From: a phage
Direction: 5' to 3' (one strand)
DNA length: 45,609 nt
Assembly: GCA_030873995.1 (NCBI GenBank)
Contig: GCA_030873995.1_4701.1
Shown: positions 10,057-20,653 of the stretch, in pieces
How positions within the stretch are numbered: the first letter of the stretch is position 1
How the letters are laid out: each line of letters starts with the position of its first letter
Translations under genes and position numbers: made by a program
Notes under the pieces: generated by a model
What the model saw: only the letters and a program-made list of their open reading frames with translations
Databases searched by the model: none
What the model was told of the DNA's origin: nothing

Positions 10057-12999
10057 ATGGCAATTGAACGTCAAGCTGTACAAGGTTTAGAAAGAGTACA
10101 GTCAAGGGGTGCGCCAATGCCTATGTCTTTCACACCACGACAAGTGAGTATCTCAGGGGGCGCTGATGCCTCCGGTAGTAGATTTTTGGAAGACTTAGTA
10201 AACGCCGCAAGTAGTGTGGCTGATGTCACTACTGCTATCCTTAATCAGCAAGTAGAAGACGATAAGGTTCGCCAGATGGATAGGGCTTTGTCTGGCATGA
10301 TGCCTTCTGAGGATGCCACGGTAGGCGGTGCTCGTGCTCATATGCTGGTTAGTTTACAAAATGATGTAATCGCACAGACAACTGCGCTACAAGCAGAAGC
10401 ACAGCGATTTCAAGGTAGTGACGAGGATTGGGAAAACTATGTAGTTCAATCTCGTAATGAGGTACAAAATAGGTTATGGCAAAGTTATCCAGAGCTTCGT
10501 GGTGACAAAGATTCTATGAGGCTTGTCACTAACGCGTTCATGGAGCAGCAACCTAGAATTACTGCAACTAGAGCAGAGGCTAAACTTCGTCAAGAAGAAG
10601 AAGCACGAATGCAATCTATGCAGTCTCGTATTATCATGGCTACAAGGGACGTAGCGCCAGATGCCACTGGTGCAGCTCTTATCCAGCTACAAAAAGAAGC
10701 ACTGGCGATGGGTCTTAGTAAACCTGAGTTTGATCAAATGGTTGCTAAGATTGCATCTGAAAGAGCGGCAGTAGGAGATGATAGTCTTATTCAGGGAACC
10801 AAGGCATTGGTGGATGATAAGGGTGTCTCTTTGTATGACCGTGTTGGTGCTTTGCAAACTGGAGAAATTCAAGCTAACAGAACTTGGGCTGCTCAGAATC
10901 AGGTTGCCCTCTTCGAGAAGAAAGATGCAGCTATAAAGGCATTCGATGCAGGGCAACTTACTCGCGAAGAGTTACTTCAGGTGATGCAGAATCACAATGA
11001 ATTGACTGGTGGCACTGCTTGGTCTGATAGCGAGATCAAGGCTATCTTCGATAGGCAAGCTAAGGTTAATGCAGAGAAAGCAAAGCTAGAAGATCTTATT
11101 GCACGAGGTGAATCTGGGTCGCCTTTAGGCTTACAGGACATTAGTAAGGATGACAGAAAGACATATGCTGAAGCCTTAGTTAGTACCTACACTAAGCTGG
11201 CAGAAGATGAAATTGCCCGTACTGGTGCAACGGGAGAACAGGCTGAAGCTATTCGCGGTAGGTATGAGCAGATGCGTTATCTTAAATTGGGTCAACAGCT
11301 TATTGAAGACCCGATCATTAAGGAAAGGTATTCGTCGCTTATGCAGCTATCCTCTGCCAACCTCAAGGATATGAATGTTGAACCTGAAGCACTGCAAACT
11401 ATCATGCGAGCACGTGATTCTATTCCAGAGGATGCACGTCGTGCTGTTATGGGAGACAAAGAATATGCCTTTGTTGAGAACTATGACTTAGCAACTCGCA
11501 TGGGGTATAACACAGGTCAAGCTATTGAGTTTGCACAGAATGCCTCTCGCGGCGAGAAATTACAAGGTTCTGTGCTCAAAGAACTTAATGATGATGTAGA
11601 TGGAGTAGTTAGTGACATTGCAGGAGGCAGCTGGCTCACTTTTGGTGATAACATGAGTGAAATGGGACGTGACATTATGATGGAGGAGGCAAGTACAATT
11701 GCTAGAGCAATGAAGGTTGCAGGCCATAATAATGACACTATTAAGCGTCACCTTAAATCCTACCTTACAAGCCAGTATACACAATTATCAGAAGGTTTCT
11801 TTACTCAAGGTGTTCTTGTAAAAGGAGACATTCGTACGTTAGGAGATACTATAGGAGTAAACCAAGGAGACGTCCCAATTACTCTCCGTCAGTACCTAGA
11901 TAATAACAAACAAGCCCTGCTAGATGCATCAGGTGGGTTAGAGGAAGGCGACCTATATTTTGATGTAGATGCGAAGCGCGGCCTCTTTACTATACGTGCA
12001 GGCTCTGGTCGTGTGCCTGTTACACAGGCAATGCCTTTGTCTGAAATCAAAGGGCAATCCTTGCTTAAGCAACGGTATGATGCAGAGGTTAAAGCACGTG
12101 ATGAAGGGCGTAAGAACTTTGAAGCACAACAAATGCGAATGTGGGGCGCAGGTGGCTACCAAGCACAACCACCTGCAAAGACTACAGCCAAAACTGTAGG
12201 CTCACGTGGGATTGCTGACTTCTTAATGTCACCTGCCTTTGCATCAGGCGAGAATCTACCAGCAAACTTTGAGTTCGGATATAAGAGAAATAATATGGAC
12301 TTCTACAATTATGTAGCCAAGATGGAGAATAATGCCAATGTAGGTTTTGACCGAGTAGCTGGTGTTTATACACCATACAAAGATGCACATGGTCAGTCTG
12401 TAGGGTACGGTCACTTCCTTACTACTGAAGAGAAGAAGAACGGATACATTATGATTGGTACAGAGAAAGTGCCATTCACTCCGGGACAATCTCAATTAAC
12501 ACCAGAACGAGCCATGCGCCTTCTACAGCAAGACTTGAAGAGTCATGTGCCAAGTACTTCAGGATGGGCTGTTCCCTTCGAAGAGATGCACCCAGGTGTT
12601 CAGCGTGGCCTTATGGACTTGTCCTATAATTTAGGAAAAGGCGGGATCCAGAATGCTCCTAAGGCATACGCTGCATTTAAGGCTGGCAAGTTTACTGATG
12701 GCTTCATCGAGATGCTATCTACTGCATCTACTGAAGGCAAGCGCAGCACTGGATTGTTAGTTCGTAGGGCGGAAGCTTATAACCTTGCACAGAGTGGTGG
12801 TGCTATCCCTAAGATTAGTGAAGTGGAGACACGAGCAGATGGATCTATGTATGTGAAGTTTGCAGGACAGATGTCAGAGGCTTTCGTAAATAAATCAATC
12901 TACAATCAGATTGGTAAGGATGGGTGGATGCAAGTGTATCCTCCAAAGCAAGGTGCACTTGCACCTAACACTCAGATTGGTAGAATCAAACTGAGCTAG
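10057..12999 (+). CDS. internal virion protein (gp15-like) with C-terminal T4-lysozyme-like (GH24) domain
   Basis: 980 aa; region GQSVGYGHFLTTEE...GVQRGLMDLSYNLGKGG aligns to the T4 lysozyme core as recalled. Confidence 0.7.
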   Translation: MAIERQAVQGLERVQSRGAPMPMSFTPRQVSISGGADASGSRFLEDLVNAASSVADVTTAILNQQVEDDKVRQMDRALSGMMPSEDATVGGARAHMLVSLQNDVIAQTTALQAEAQRFQGSDEDWENYVVQSRNEVQNRLWQSYPELRGDKDSMRLVTNAFMEQQPRITATRAEAKLRQEEEARMQSMQSRIIMATRDVAPDATGAALIQLQKEALAMGLSKPEFDQMVAKIASERAAVGDDSLIQGTKALVDDKGVSLYDRVGALQTGEIQANRTWAAQNQVALFEKKDAAIKAFDAGQLTREELLQVMQNHNELTGGTAWSDSEIKAIFDRQAKVNAEKAKLEDLIARGESGSPLGLQDISKDDRKTYAEALVSTYTKLAEDEIARTGATGEQAEAIRGRYEQMRYLKLGQQLIEDPIIKERYSSLMQLSSANLKDMNVEPEALQTIMRARDSIPEDARRAVMGDKEYAFVENYDLATRMGYNTGQAIEFAQNASRGEKLQGSVLKELNDDVDGVVSDIAGGSWLTFGDNMSEMGRDIMMEEASTIARAMKVAGHNNDTIKRHLKSYLTSQYTQLSEGFFTQGVLVKGDIRTLGDTIGVNQGDVPITLRQYLDNNKQALLDASGGLEEGDLYFDVDAKRGLFTIRAGSGRVPVTQAMPLSEIKGQSLLKQRYDAEVKARDEGRKNFEAQQMRMWGAGGYQAQPPAKTTAKTVGSRGIADFLMSPAFASGENLPANFEFGYKRNNMDFYNYVAKMENNANVGFDRVAGVYTPYKDAHGQSVGYGHFLTTEEKKNGYIMIGTEKVPFTPGQSQLTPERAMRLLQQDLKSHVPSTSGWAVPFEEMHPGVQRGLMDLSYNLGKGGIQNAPKAYAAFKAGKFTDGFIEMLSTASTEGKRSTGLLVRRAEAYNLAQSGGAIPKISEVETRADGSMYVKFAGQMSEAFVNKSIYNQIGKDGWMQVYPPKQGALAPNTQIGRIKLS

Positions 13000-13002
13000 T
13001 GT

Positions 13003-13048
13003 TATACTCAAGGTTTGTCTCACATGTGAGACATGCCTTTATGAATGA
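13003..13048 (+). promoter_or_regulatory. RNase III-type processing site candidate
   Basis: GTTATACTCAAGG - extended hairpin around palindrome 13019..13034 - CCTTTATGAAT; same flanks recur at 39984..40021. Confidence 0.45.
13019..13034 (+). repeat. 16-bp perfect palindrome GTCTCACATGTGAGAC (copy 1)
   Basis: Read directly; flanks extend the stem. Confidence 0.9.
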
Positions 13049-13066
13049 CATTAATTAGGAGGTAAC

Positions 13067-16000
13067 ATGGTTGATAGTATTAACCAAAATTGGGTGGCGG
13101 TGACTCAACGCAAGTTACCGCCTACCTTCTCTCAAGTTGCTGAAGCAGAGCGTAAGGCCGAAGCACAGAGAGCTAATGACAAAGTATTCCAAACAGCCAT
13201 AGAGAGTGAGTGGGCTTTGTATGGTGGACAACGTGCCTATGAACGCCACACTACAGAGTTTGCTGAACAAGAAGGTTATGAAGTACCTGAATCAACTAAG
13301 GATGAACTATCCAAGTTGTATGGGTATGAAATAGCGCAAGACATAGTCAAGAATGTGAAGTCTCCAGAAGAGTTGCAATTCCGTATGTCTAATGCTGCTG
13401 CGGATAAAGACAGAGCAGACATCTTAGCACGTAATGGTTTCACAGGTTTCAGCGCACAGATTGCTGCTGGTATTCTTGACCCTGTAGGTTGGGCGGCTTC
13501 TCTAGTAGCTGCACCTGTAGCTGGTGCTGTCAAAGTAGGTCGTCTAGGTAGGATTATCAAGACGGCTGCCTTATCTGGTGCTGAAAATGCTGCATTAGAA
13601 GCTGTGCTTGCACAAGGTGATTACCAGCGAGGTGTCGATGATGTACTGGCTGCTGCCGGGTTTGGTATGATTATGGGCGGTACTATTGGCGCTGCAACTA
13701 GGGAACGCATAGCCAGTGCTGGTTCTCGTACAGCGGCAGAGAGAGCAGAGGCTGTATTTGATGACTTGGACACCGTAGTAAAAGGTGCTGATGAGTTTGA
13801 CTCGTCTGCTGCTCGTGCTGTACGTGAGGCCATGGAGTATGACGCGTATATGGCAGCACGTAATTATGAACCACTTCGTGCAAGAGAGGTGGATGCAGAT
13901 ATGGCAATTCTATCTCACACAGACAACTTGAAAGCCAATGCGTCGGTAAGGATGAGTGCTAGTGAGAAAGGACTACTGAAGAAACAGATACGCCAACTGG
14001 AAGCAGAAGCAGCCACACTTAAGGGGAAGAAGATAGATGCTGTAGCAGAGGCTGCCGCCGCTAAGGGTGCACCTAAATCTGCTGCGGACAGATTGGATTT
14101 AGATGTTCAGAAGAAAGCACTGGCACGTAGATTCGATGAACCACTTGCTGATTTACAAGCGCGTCTTGATGAGTTGAATGCCAAGTTATCTCGTGCGAAC
14201 AATGTAGGTAAGGCTAAGGAGGAGCTTAAGAGATTCTCATCGCTGTCCCGTGAAGATCAAATAAAGGAACTAGGTTTAGACGCACCAATGCGTAAGGTGG
14301 AGATGACCCGTGCTGTACGAGATGCAGTAGCTGCAATCCGTGCCGAACGTAAGAAGACACCTACCGAGATACATGCTGAACAAGCTGCAGAAGAGGTAAT
14401 CAAGCAAAAGGCAGATGACTCTATTGGTGCTAAACGTGTTGAAGGTTCAGAGATTGCAGGCGAGCAGTTTGACTTATCTAAAAACATGGAAGAACTTATG
14501 GATGACTTGGCACGAGAAGCATATCAGTCAGAGGTGCGGCCTATTAATCTTAAGGGTCTAGGTTCAGTGTCTTCTGTGATTCTTAACTCAGAGAATCCTG
14601 TGTTCCGAGGTCTAGGTCTTCGTCTGCTTGAAAACGCTCAAGGTGGTGCATACCAAGGTAAGACAGCTTCTATCTTATCAGATGTGTATGGCAACCTTAT
14701 TCGTCATGCAGAACGTAACAGGTACAATGATGGTTTCTCTCAATTCATCAAAGATAACAACCTACGTGCGGTAGATTATCTTAACCCTGCAACGACACGG
14801 GATTTCAATAATCAGATTTATACAGCAATTGTTCGTGGCATACCAGAAGATACACCTCGTGGTGTTAAACTGGCAGCAGAAGGTATCGCTGATAAACTCA
14901 AGAAAGCACTTGAGATTCGTAAGCAAGCAGGAGAGCATGGATTCGAAGATATACAATCTGCTAAGGATTACATCCCTGTTATCTATGACGGTATCAAGGT
15001 TACTGAGGCAGTTAACAAATTGGGGAGTAGTGAGGCTGTTATTCACTTACTATCCAAAGGTTACCAGACAGGTAAGTACAAACTTGGCAAGAAAGCTGCG
15101 GATGCCCTAGCAAAAGTACAGTACATTCGTGCATCGGACTCCACCCTCTCTAGTCGTGTTGCATTCGATAGGGTGGTATCCCAGCAGCAGCAGGCTCAAT
15201 TGATTGAGGATCTGAAGAAAGCAGGGGTACCAGACCATATCATTGATAATTTCATTGAAGGTACTGAATTAGCAGAAATGGCTGAATCGGTATCCAATCG
15301 AGCTAAAGCTAGTATGGGTATTAATACGCAAGCCGAATATGGCGGTTTGAAGGTGCAGGATTTGCTTAATACAAACGTAGGGGAGCTAGCGGAGAACTAC
15401 GGCAAAGAGGCAGCGGGTGGTGCTGCATTGGCTGCTATGGGTTTCCCTACTCGCCAATCTGTGCTGAACGCAATAGATGCCGCAGAACGCGCAGGCCGCA
15501 ATATGGCGGGGTCAAATGCTAAGGCAATCAAACAGCTTAGGTCTGAGGCAGAAATGCTCAGAGATGCCGTTAAGTTAATTTACGGCAACACTATCGACGC
15601 CGACCCTAACTCTGGAATTGTCAGGGGTACTCGACGTGTCCGTGAGATTACAGGGTTGTTACGATTAGGCCAAATGGGCTTCGCTCAGATACCTGAACTG
15701 GCACGTGCAATCTCTAAGATGGGACTAGGGACTGTGCTGAAGTCTGTACCTGCCACTAAGTTCTTACGTTCGAGAGCGGCTCGTAAAGGTGGCACTGCTC
15801 AGGGTGAGTTGCTTGAACCTGAACTGCGAGAAATGGAGGAACTCTTAGGTTATATCGGGGAGGATAACTGGCTCACAGGGTGGAATGTCCGTCATGATGA
15901 GTTCGGAGAAACTGCGGATAACCTAGGTAAGCTGTCTGCTATTATTGATAACGGATTAGCTATGGGTAGTAGAATCAACACAATACTATCTGGTTTTAAA

Positions 16001-16870
16001 GCAGTACAAGGTGGCTCAGAGAAGATTATAGCTCGCTCTATCAATAAGCGACTAAAGCAACATTTGATGGGGGAGCGACAGTTACCCAAAGCAGATCTTG
16101 AAGAAGTTGGCCTAAGTGAAGATGTCATGAAGAGACTTAAGCGTCACTTTGATGATAACCCAATGTACGCTGATTACAAAGGTGAAAAAGTTCGTATGAT
16201 GAACTTTGATGCTATGGAGCCAGACCTGAGAGAGACAGTGGGTGTTGCTGTGCGAAGAATGTCAGGACGTCTTATTCAGCGTAACTTCATAGGAGATGAA
16301 GGTATCTGGATGAATAAATGGTGGGGCAAGGCATTGACCCAGTTTAAGTCATTCTCTATTGTCTCTATTGAGAAACAGCTAATCCATGATTTACGAGGAG
16401 ATAAGATTCAGGCTGCACAGATCCTTGCATGGTCTACCTTACTAGGCTATGCATCTTATGCACTACAGATGCAGATGCAAGCAATTGGTAGGGAGGACAG
16501 AGACAAGTTCTTGAGGGATAAGTTCGAGACACAGAATATCGCTATGGGTGTCTTTAATAAACTCCCACAAGTTGCAGGCTTCGGTCTTGCTGGTGATGCT
16601 TTGGCAACATTTGGCCTAATGCCAGACTCTATGATGCAAGCGCCTGGACGTATGGGGTTCCGTCAGCAAGGGTTTGGTGATTTGGTAGCAGGTGCTGGTG
16701 TAATCAGTGATACAGTTAATTTGTCACAAGCACTAGTTAAGTACGCCAACGGAGATGATGATGTCTCTACTCGGCAGTTGGTGGACAAGGTTCGTCGCCT
16801 TGTTCCTTTGGCAAATACTATTGGTGTAGGTCAGATGACTAAAGCCAGTGTAGACTTATTGGAGGATTGA
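13067..16870 (+). CDS. internal virion (core/ejection) protein, gp16-like
   Basis: 1267 aa, position and size as T7 gp16; AGGAGG RBS. Confidence 0.7.
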   Translation: MVDSINQNWVAVTQRKLPPTFSQVAEAERKAEAQRANDKVFQTAIESEWALYGGQRAYERHTTEFAEQEGYEVPESTKDELSKLYGYEIAQDIVKNVKSPEELQFRMSNAAADKDRADILARNGFTGFSAQIAAGILDPVGWAASLVAAPVAGAVKVGRLGRIIKTAALSGAENAALEAVLAQGDYQRGVDDVLAAAGFGMIMGGTIGAATRERIASAGSRTAAERAEAVFDDLDTVVKGADEFDSSAARAVREAMEYDAYMAARNYEPLRAREVDADMAILSHTDNLKANASVRMSASEKGLLKKQIRQLEAEAATLKGKKIDAVAEAAAAKGAPKSAADRLDLDVQKKALARRFDEPLADLQARLDELNAKLSRANNVGKAKEELKRFSSLSREDQIKELGLDAPMRKVEMTRAVRDAVAAIRAERKKTPTEIHAEQAAEEVIKQKADDSIGAKRVEGSEIAGEQFDLSKNMEELMDDLAREAYQSEVRPINLKGLGSVSSVILNSENPVFRGLGLRLLENAQGGAYQGKTASILSDVYGNLIRHAERNRYNDGFSQFIKDNNLRAVDYLNPATTRDFNNQIYTAIVRGIPEDTPRGVKLAAEGIADKLKKALEIRKQAGEHGFEDIQSAKDYIPVIYDGIKVTEAVNKLGSSEAVIHLLSKGYQTGKYKLGKKAADALAKVQYIRASDSTLSSRVAFDRVVSQQQQAQLIEDLKKAGVPDHIIDNFIEGTELAEMAESVSNRAKASMGINTQAEYGGLKVQDLLNTNVGELAENYGKEAAGGAALAAMGFPTRQSVLNAIDAAERAGRNMAGSNAKAIKQLRSEAEMLRDAVKLIYGNTIDADPNSGIVRGTRRVREITGLLRLGQMGFAQIPELARAISKMGLGTVLKSVPATKFLRSRAARKGGTAQGELLEPELREMEELLGYIGEDNWLTGWNVRHDEFGETADNLGKLSAIIDNGLAMGSRINTILSGFKAVQGGSEKIIARSINKRLKQHLMGERQLPKADLEEVGLSEDVMKRLKRHFDDNPMYADYKGEKVRMMNFDAMEPDLRETVGVAVRRMSGRLIQRNFIGDEGIWMNKWWGKALTQFKSFSIVSIEKQLIHDLRGDKIQAAQILAWSTLLGYASYALQMQMQAIGREDRDKFLRDKFETQNIAMGVFNKLPQVAGFGLAGDALATFGLMPDSMMQAPGRMGFRQQGFGDLVAGAGVISDTVNLSQALVKYANGDDDVSTRQLVDKVRRLVPLANTIGVGQMTKASVDLLED

Positions 16871-17829
16871 TGAGTTACACATTCACTGAACATACAGCGA
16901 ATGGCACTCAAACTACTTTCCCCTTCCGGTTCGCTGGGAGAGACAAGGGGTACTTGAGGGCTTCTGATATTTTAGTTGAAGTAAGAAATGATGGCGTGTG
17001 GAACACGGTAAGTGGTTGGACACTTACAGGTACTAACCAGATAACCTTTAATGTACCGCCAGCGGCAAATACAAAACTTCGTATCAGGCGCGTTGTAGAG
17101 AAAGAAGAACCTTACGCCGAGTTTGACCGTGGTGTAACCTTGGATATGAAATCTCTCAATAACTCCTTTATACATCTTTTGGAAGTATCTCAGGAGCTAC
17201 TGGATGGTTTCTATCCAGATGGTTACTTTGTAAAGCAAGATGTATCTTGGGGTGGACATAAGATTACTGATTTGGCTGATGGCACAAATCCGGGAGATGC
17301 AGTAAATAAAGGACAGCTTGATTCCATCGACAAGAAGCATACAGATTGGAACGCCAAACAGGACATTGAGATTGCTGGTCTTAAAGCTGGTATGACTTCT
17401 GGTATTGCGCACAGAACTGTTCCTTGGTACACGATAGCCCAAGGTGGTGAGATTTCCGTAAAGCCCCCTTATGAATTTCAAGATGCACTAGTTTTCCTTA
17501 ATGGGGTATTGCAGCACCAAATTGTAGGCGCATACTCTATAAGCAACAACACTATCACTTTCGCAGAGCCGCTTGTGGCTGGTACAGAGGTGTATGTGTT
17601 GGTAGGTAGTCGTGTTGCTACATCTGAACCTAATATTCAGTTAGAGTTGAATTTTGACTTAGTAGAAGGCCAACAAGTAGTAAAGATTGGCTCTGCATTT
17701 AAGTATATTGAGGTTTATCTTGATGGACTATTACAACCTAAACTTACTTATCGGGTAGATGGTGACACTGTTACTTTCTCAGAGGGAGTGCCAGAATGCC
17801 GGATGACTGCTAAGATTATCACAGAATAA
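16870..17829 (+). CDS. tail fiber adaptor (gp17 N-terminal-domain-like)
   Basis: 320 aa resembling only the N-terminal tail-attachment domain of T7 gp17; no receptor-binding part. Confidence 0.7.
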   Translation: MSYTFTEHTANGTQTTFPFRFAGRDKGYLRASDILVEVRNDGVWNTVSGWTLTGTNQITFNVPPAANTKLRIRRVVEKEEPYAEFDRGVTLDMKSLNNSFIHLLEVSQELLDGFYPDGYFVKQDVSWGGHKITDLADGTNPGDAVNKGQLDSIDKKHTDWNAKQDIEIAGLKAGMTSGIAHRTVPWYTIAQGGEISVKPPYEFQDALVFLNGVLQHQIVGAYSISNNTITFAEPLVAGTEVYVLVGSRVATSEPNIQLELNFDLVEGQQVVKIGSAFKYIEVYLDGLLQPKLTYRVDGDTVTFSEGVPECRMTAKIITE

Positions 17830-17838
17830 GGAGGTGGG

Positions 17839-17991
17839 ATGATTAACTCCGAACTGGTAGATAATGGTGTGAAGCTTGCGCCACCTGCACTCGTATCAGG
17901 TGGGTACTTCCTCGGTATCAGTTGGGATAACTGGCTCGTAATTATGACCCTTATTTACACAGTAATGCAAAATGGGTTGGTTTATTTATGA
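17839..17991 (+). CDS. holin, T7 gp17.5-like
   Basis: 50 aa, one TM segment; GGYFLGISWDNWLVIMTLIYTVMQNG resembles the T7 gp17.5 core as recalled; AAGGAGGTGGG RBS. Confidence 0.6.
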   Translation: MINSELVDNGVKLAPPALVSGGYFLGISWDNWLVIMTLIYTVMQNGLVYL

Positions 17992-18027
17992 GAAGGTCCA
18001 GACTATAAAGAAGAGGAGAAAAGCTAA

Positions 18028-18459
18028 ATGTACTCAGAAGTTGAAAGAGCAGGATACATCATAAGAGAAGATGGTGTTATCTTGAGCAAGAAGGGACAAC
18101 CGATGGTTGGTGCTATTCGTGAAAGAGGATACCGCACAGTAACATTAAGGATAGATAATAAATCCAAGACTTATAAAGTACATAGGTTGACTGCATGGAA
18201 GCATGTGCCGAACCCTCATAACTATAAGGTTGTTAACCATAAAGACCGCAACCCATCTAATTGCCATAAAGATAACCTAGAGTGGTGCACTCAACAGGAA
18301 AACACTATACATGCACACTATGGTTGTCTTGACATACAAGATAAAATAGATGAAGCCAAAGCATTAAGAAGCCAAGGCTGGTCTTATCCTAAAATCGGTA
18401 AATACTTTGGGTTAGACCATAAGACTGTTTGGTATTGGATTAATGGGAGAAGAACTTGA
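18028..18459 (+). CDS. HNH homing endonuclease
   Basis: 143 aa; motif HKDRNPSNCHKDNLEWCTQQEN; inserted between holin and terminase small subunit. Confidence 0.75.
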   Translation: MYSEVERAGYIIREDGVILSKKGQPMVGAIRERGYRTVTLRIDNKSKTYKVHRLTAWKHVPNPHNYKVVNHKDRNPSNCHKDNLEWCTQQENTIHAHYGCLDIQDKIDEAKALRSQGWSYPKIGKYFGLDHKTVWYWINGRRT

Positions 18460-18755
18460 GCGTACATAACAAACATGCAGCTACAGAAGACGAGGTTGGC
18501 ATTCTGCATGGTGCTATTACCAAAATCTTCAATAAGAAAGCACAGGCAATACTGGACACTATAGAAGAAGACCCTGATGCAGCACTACATTTAGTCTCTG
18601 GTAAAGACATTGGTGCTATGTGTAAGTGGGTACTGGATAACGGCATCACTGCTACACCTGCTGCACAGCAGGAAGAGTCCAAGTTATCTAAGCGCCTCAA
18701 GGCTATCCGAGAGGCATCCAGTGGTAAGATAATTCAATTCACTAAGGAGGATTGA
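18456..18755 (+). CDS. terminase small subunit (gp18-like), start codon uncertain (TTG)
   Basis: 99 aa ORF immediately upstream of and overlapping the terminase large subunit. Confidence 0.5.
   Translation: MSVHNKHAATEDEVGILHGAITKIFNKKAQAILDTIEEDPDAALHLVSGKDIGAMCKWVLDNGITATPAAQQEESKLSKRLKAIREASSGKIIQFTKED
18547..18569 (+). promoter_or_regulatory. phage-RNAP promoter inside the terminase small subunit gene
   Basis: CAATACTGGACACTATAGAAGAAG; matches consensus from -14 to +6, diverges at -17 to -15. Confidence 0.55.
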
Positions 18756-20653
18756 TGGCTAAGGCAAGAGAATCACAAGCGGAGGCTCTTGCCAGATGGG
18801 AGATGCTACAGGAGTTACAGCAGACCTTTCCTTACACAGCGGAAGGTTTGCTTCTCTTTGCAGACACAGTTATTCATAACTTGATTGCAGGCAACCCTCA
18901 TCTGATTCGTATGCAGGCTGATATCTTGAAGTTCCTATTCTACGGACACAAGTACCGCCTCATCGAAGCGCCTCGTGGTATCGCTAAGACAACACTATCA
19001 GCAATCTATACGGTATTCCGTATTATTCATGAACCGCATAAGCGTATCATGGTTGTGTCCCAAAACGCCAAGCGAGCAGAGGAAATCGCAGGTTGGGTAG
19101 TTAAAATCTTCCGTGGCTTAGACTTTCTTGAGTTTATGCTGCCGGATATCTACGCTGGGGACCGTGCATCCGTTAAGGCGTTTGAGATTCATTACACCCT
19201 ACGTGGTAGTGATAAGTCTCCTTCTGTATCCTGTTACTCAATCGAAGCAGGTATGCAGGGTGCTCGTGCTGATATTATTCTAGCGGATGACGTAGAGTCG
19301 ATGCAGAATGCTCGTACGGCAGCGGGCCGTGCCTTGCTTGAGGAACTGACTAAGGAGTTTGAATCTATCAACCAGTTTGGGGATATCATTTACCTTGGTA
19401 CACCTCAGAACGTAAACTCTATCTACAACAACCTACCTGCTCGTGGTTACTCTGTTCGTATCTGGACTGCGCGTTACCCTTCAGTAGAGCAAGAGCAATG
19501 TTATGGCGACTTCCTTGCACCTATGATTGTTCAAGATATGAAGGACAACCCAGCACTTCGCTCAGGGTACGGGTTGGATGGTAATAGTGGTGCACCTTGT
19601 GCCCCTGAAATGTATGATGATGAAGTCCTGATTGAGAAGGAAATCTCTCAGGGTGCTGCTAAGTTCCAGCTTCAGTTCATGCTTAACACTCGCATGATGG
19701 ATGCTGACAGATACCCATTACGCCTGAACAATCTAATCTTCACCTCGTTTGGTACAGAGGAAGTCCCTGTGATGCCTACGTGGAGTAATGATTCCATAAA
19801 CATCATTGGTGATGCACCTAAGTATGGTAACAAGCCTACGGATTTCATGTACAGACCTGTAGCTCGCCCATACGAATGGGGTGCTGTCTCCCGCAAGATT
19901 ATGTATATTGACCCTGCGGGTGGTGGTAAGAACGGAGATGAGACGGGTGTAGCCATCATATTCCTGCACGGCACATTCATTTATGTGTATCAGTGCTTTG
20001 GTGTACCTGGCGGATACCGAGAGTCGTCCCTGAATCGCATTGTGCAGGCCGCAAAGCAGGCGGGTGTTAAAGAGGTATTCATTGAGAAGAACTTTGGTCA
20101 TGGAGCGTTTGAGGCGGTAATTAAGCCGTACTTTGAACGAGAGTGGCCTGTAACTCTGGAAGAGGATTACGCCACCGGACAGAAAGAGTTGCGTATCATT
20201 GAGACGCTGGAGCCGCTCATGGCAGCCCATAGGCTTATCTTCAATGCAGAGATGGTGAAGTCAGACTTTGAGTCGGTACAGCACTATCCGCTTGAACTAC
20301 GCATGTCCTACAGTCTTTTCAATCAAATGTCGAACATAACGATTGAGAAGAACAGCCTCCGGCACGATGACCGCCTAGACGCCCTGTATGGCGCTATACG
20401 GCAATTAACTTCTCAGATAGACTATGACGAGGTTACACGGATTAATCGCCTCAGAGCGCAGGAGATGCGCGATTACATCCATGCTATGAATACACCTCAT
20501 CTACGCAGGGCAATGCTATATGGAGATTACGGTACTGAGCGAAGAGTGACCAACACTTCCGTAGCGATGCAGCAGCGAGTTTACGGGCAGAACTGCCGAA
20601 ATAAATCGGCAAGCAGAAATACACTTTCTGCAAGGATTTCAAGGACTTATTAA
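18755..20653 (+). CDS. terminase large subunit
   Basis: 632 aa, T7 gp19-like; AAGGAGG RBS; start overlaps upstream stop. Confidence 0.9.
   Translation: MAKARESQAEALARWEMLQELQQTFPYTAEGLLLFADTVIHNLIAGNPHLIRMQADILKFLFYGHKYRLIEAPRGIAKTTLSAIYTVFRIIHEPHKRIMVVSQNAKRAEEIAGWVVKIFRGLDFLEFMLPDIYAGDRASVKAFEIHYTLRGSDKSPSVSCYSIEAGMQGARADIILADDVESMQNARTAAGRALLEELTKEFESINQFGDIIYLGTPQNVNSIYNNLPARGYSVRIWTARYPSVEQEQCYGDFLAPMIVQDMKDNPALRSGYGLDGNSGAPCAPEMYDDEVLIEKEISQGAAKFQLQFMLNTRMMDADRYPLRLNNLIFTSFGTEEVPVMPTWSNDSINIIGDAPKYGNKPTDFMYRPVARPYEWGAVSRKIMYIDPAGGGKNGDETGVAIIFLHGTFIYVYQCFGVPGGYRESSLNRIVQAAKQAGVKEVFIEKNFGHGAFEAVIKPYFEREWPVTLEEDYATGQKELRIIETLEPLMAAHRLIFNAEMVKSDFESVQHYPLELRMSYSLFNQMSNITIEKNSLRHDDRLDALYGAIRQLTSQIDYDEVTRINRLRAQEMRDYIHAMNTPHLRRAMLYGDYGTERRVTNTSVAMQQRVYGQNCRNKSASRNTLSARISRTY

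Noticed and set aside
11829-11851. GATACTATAGGAG inside the gp15-like gene
   Set aside because: Only the TATAG core matches; the -17 to -7 region is unrelated to the promoter consensus.
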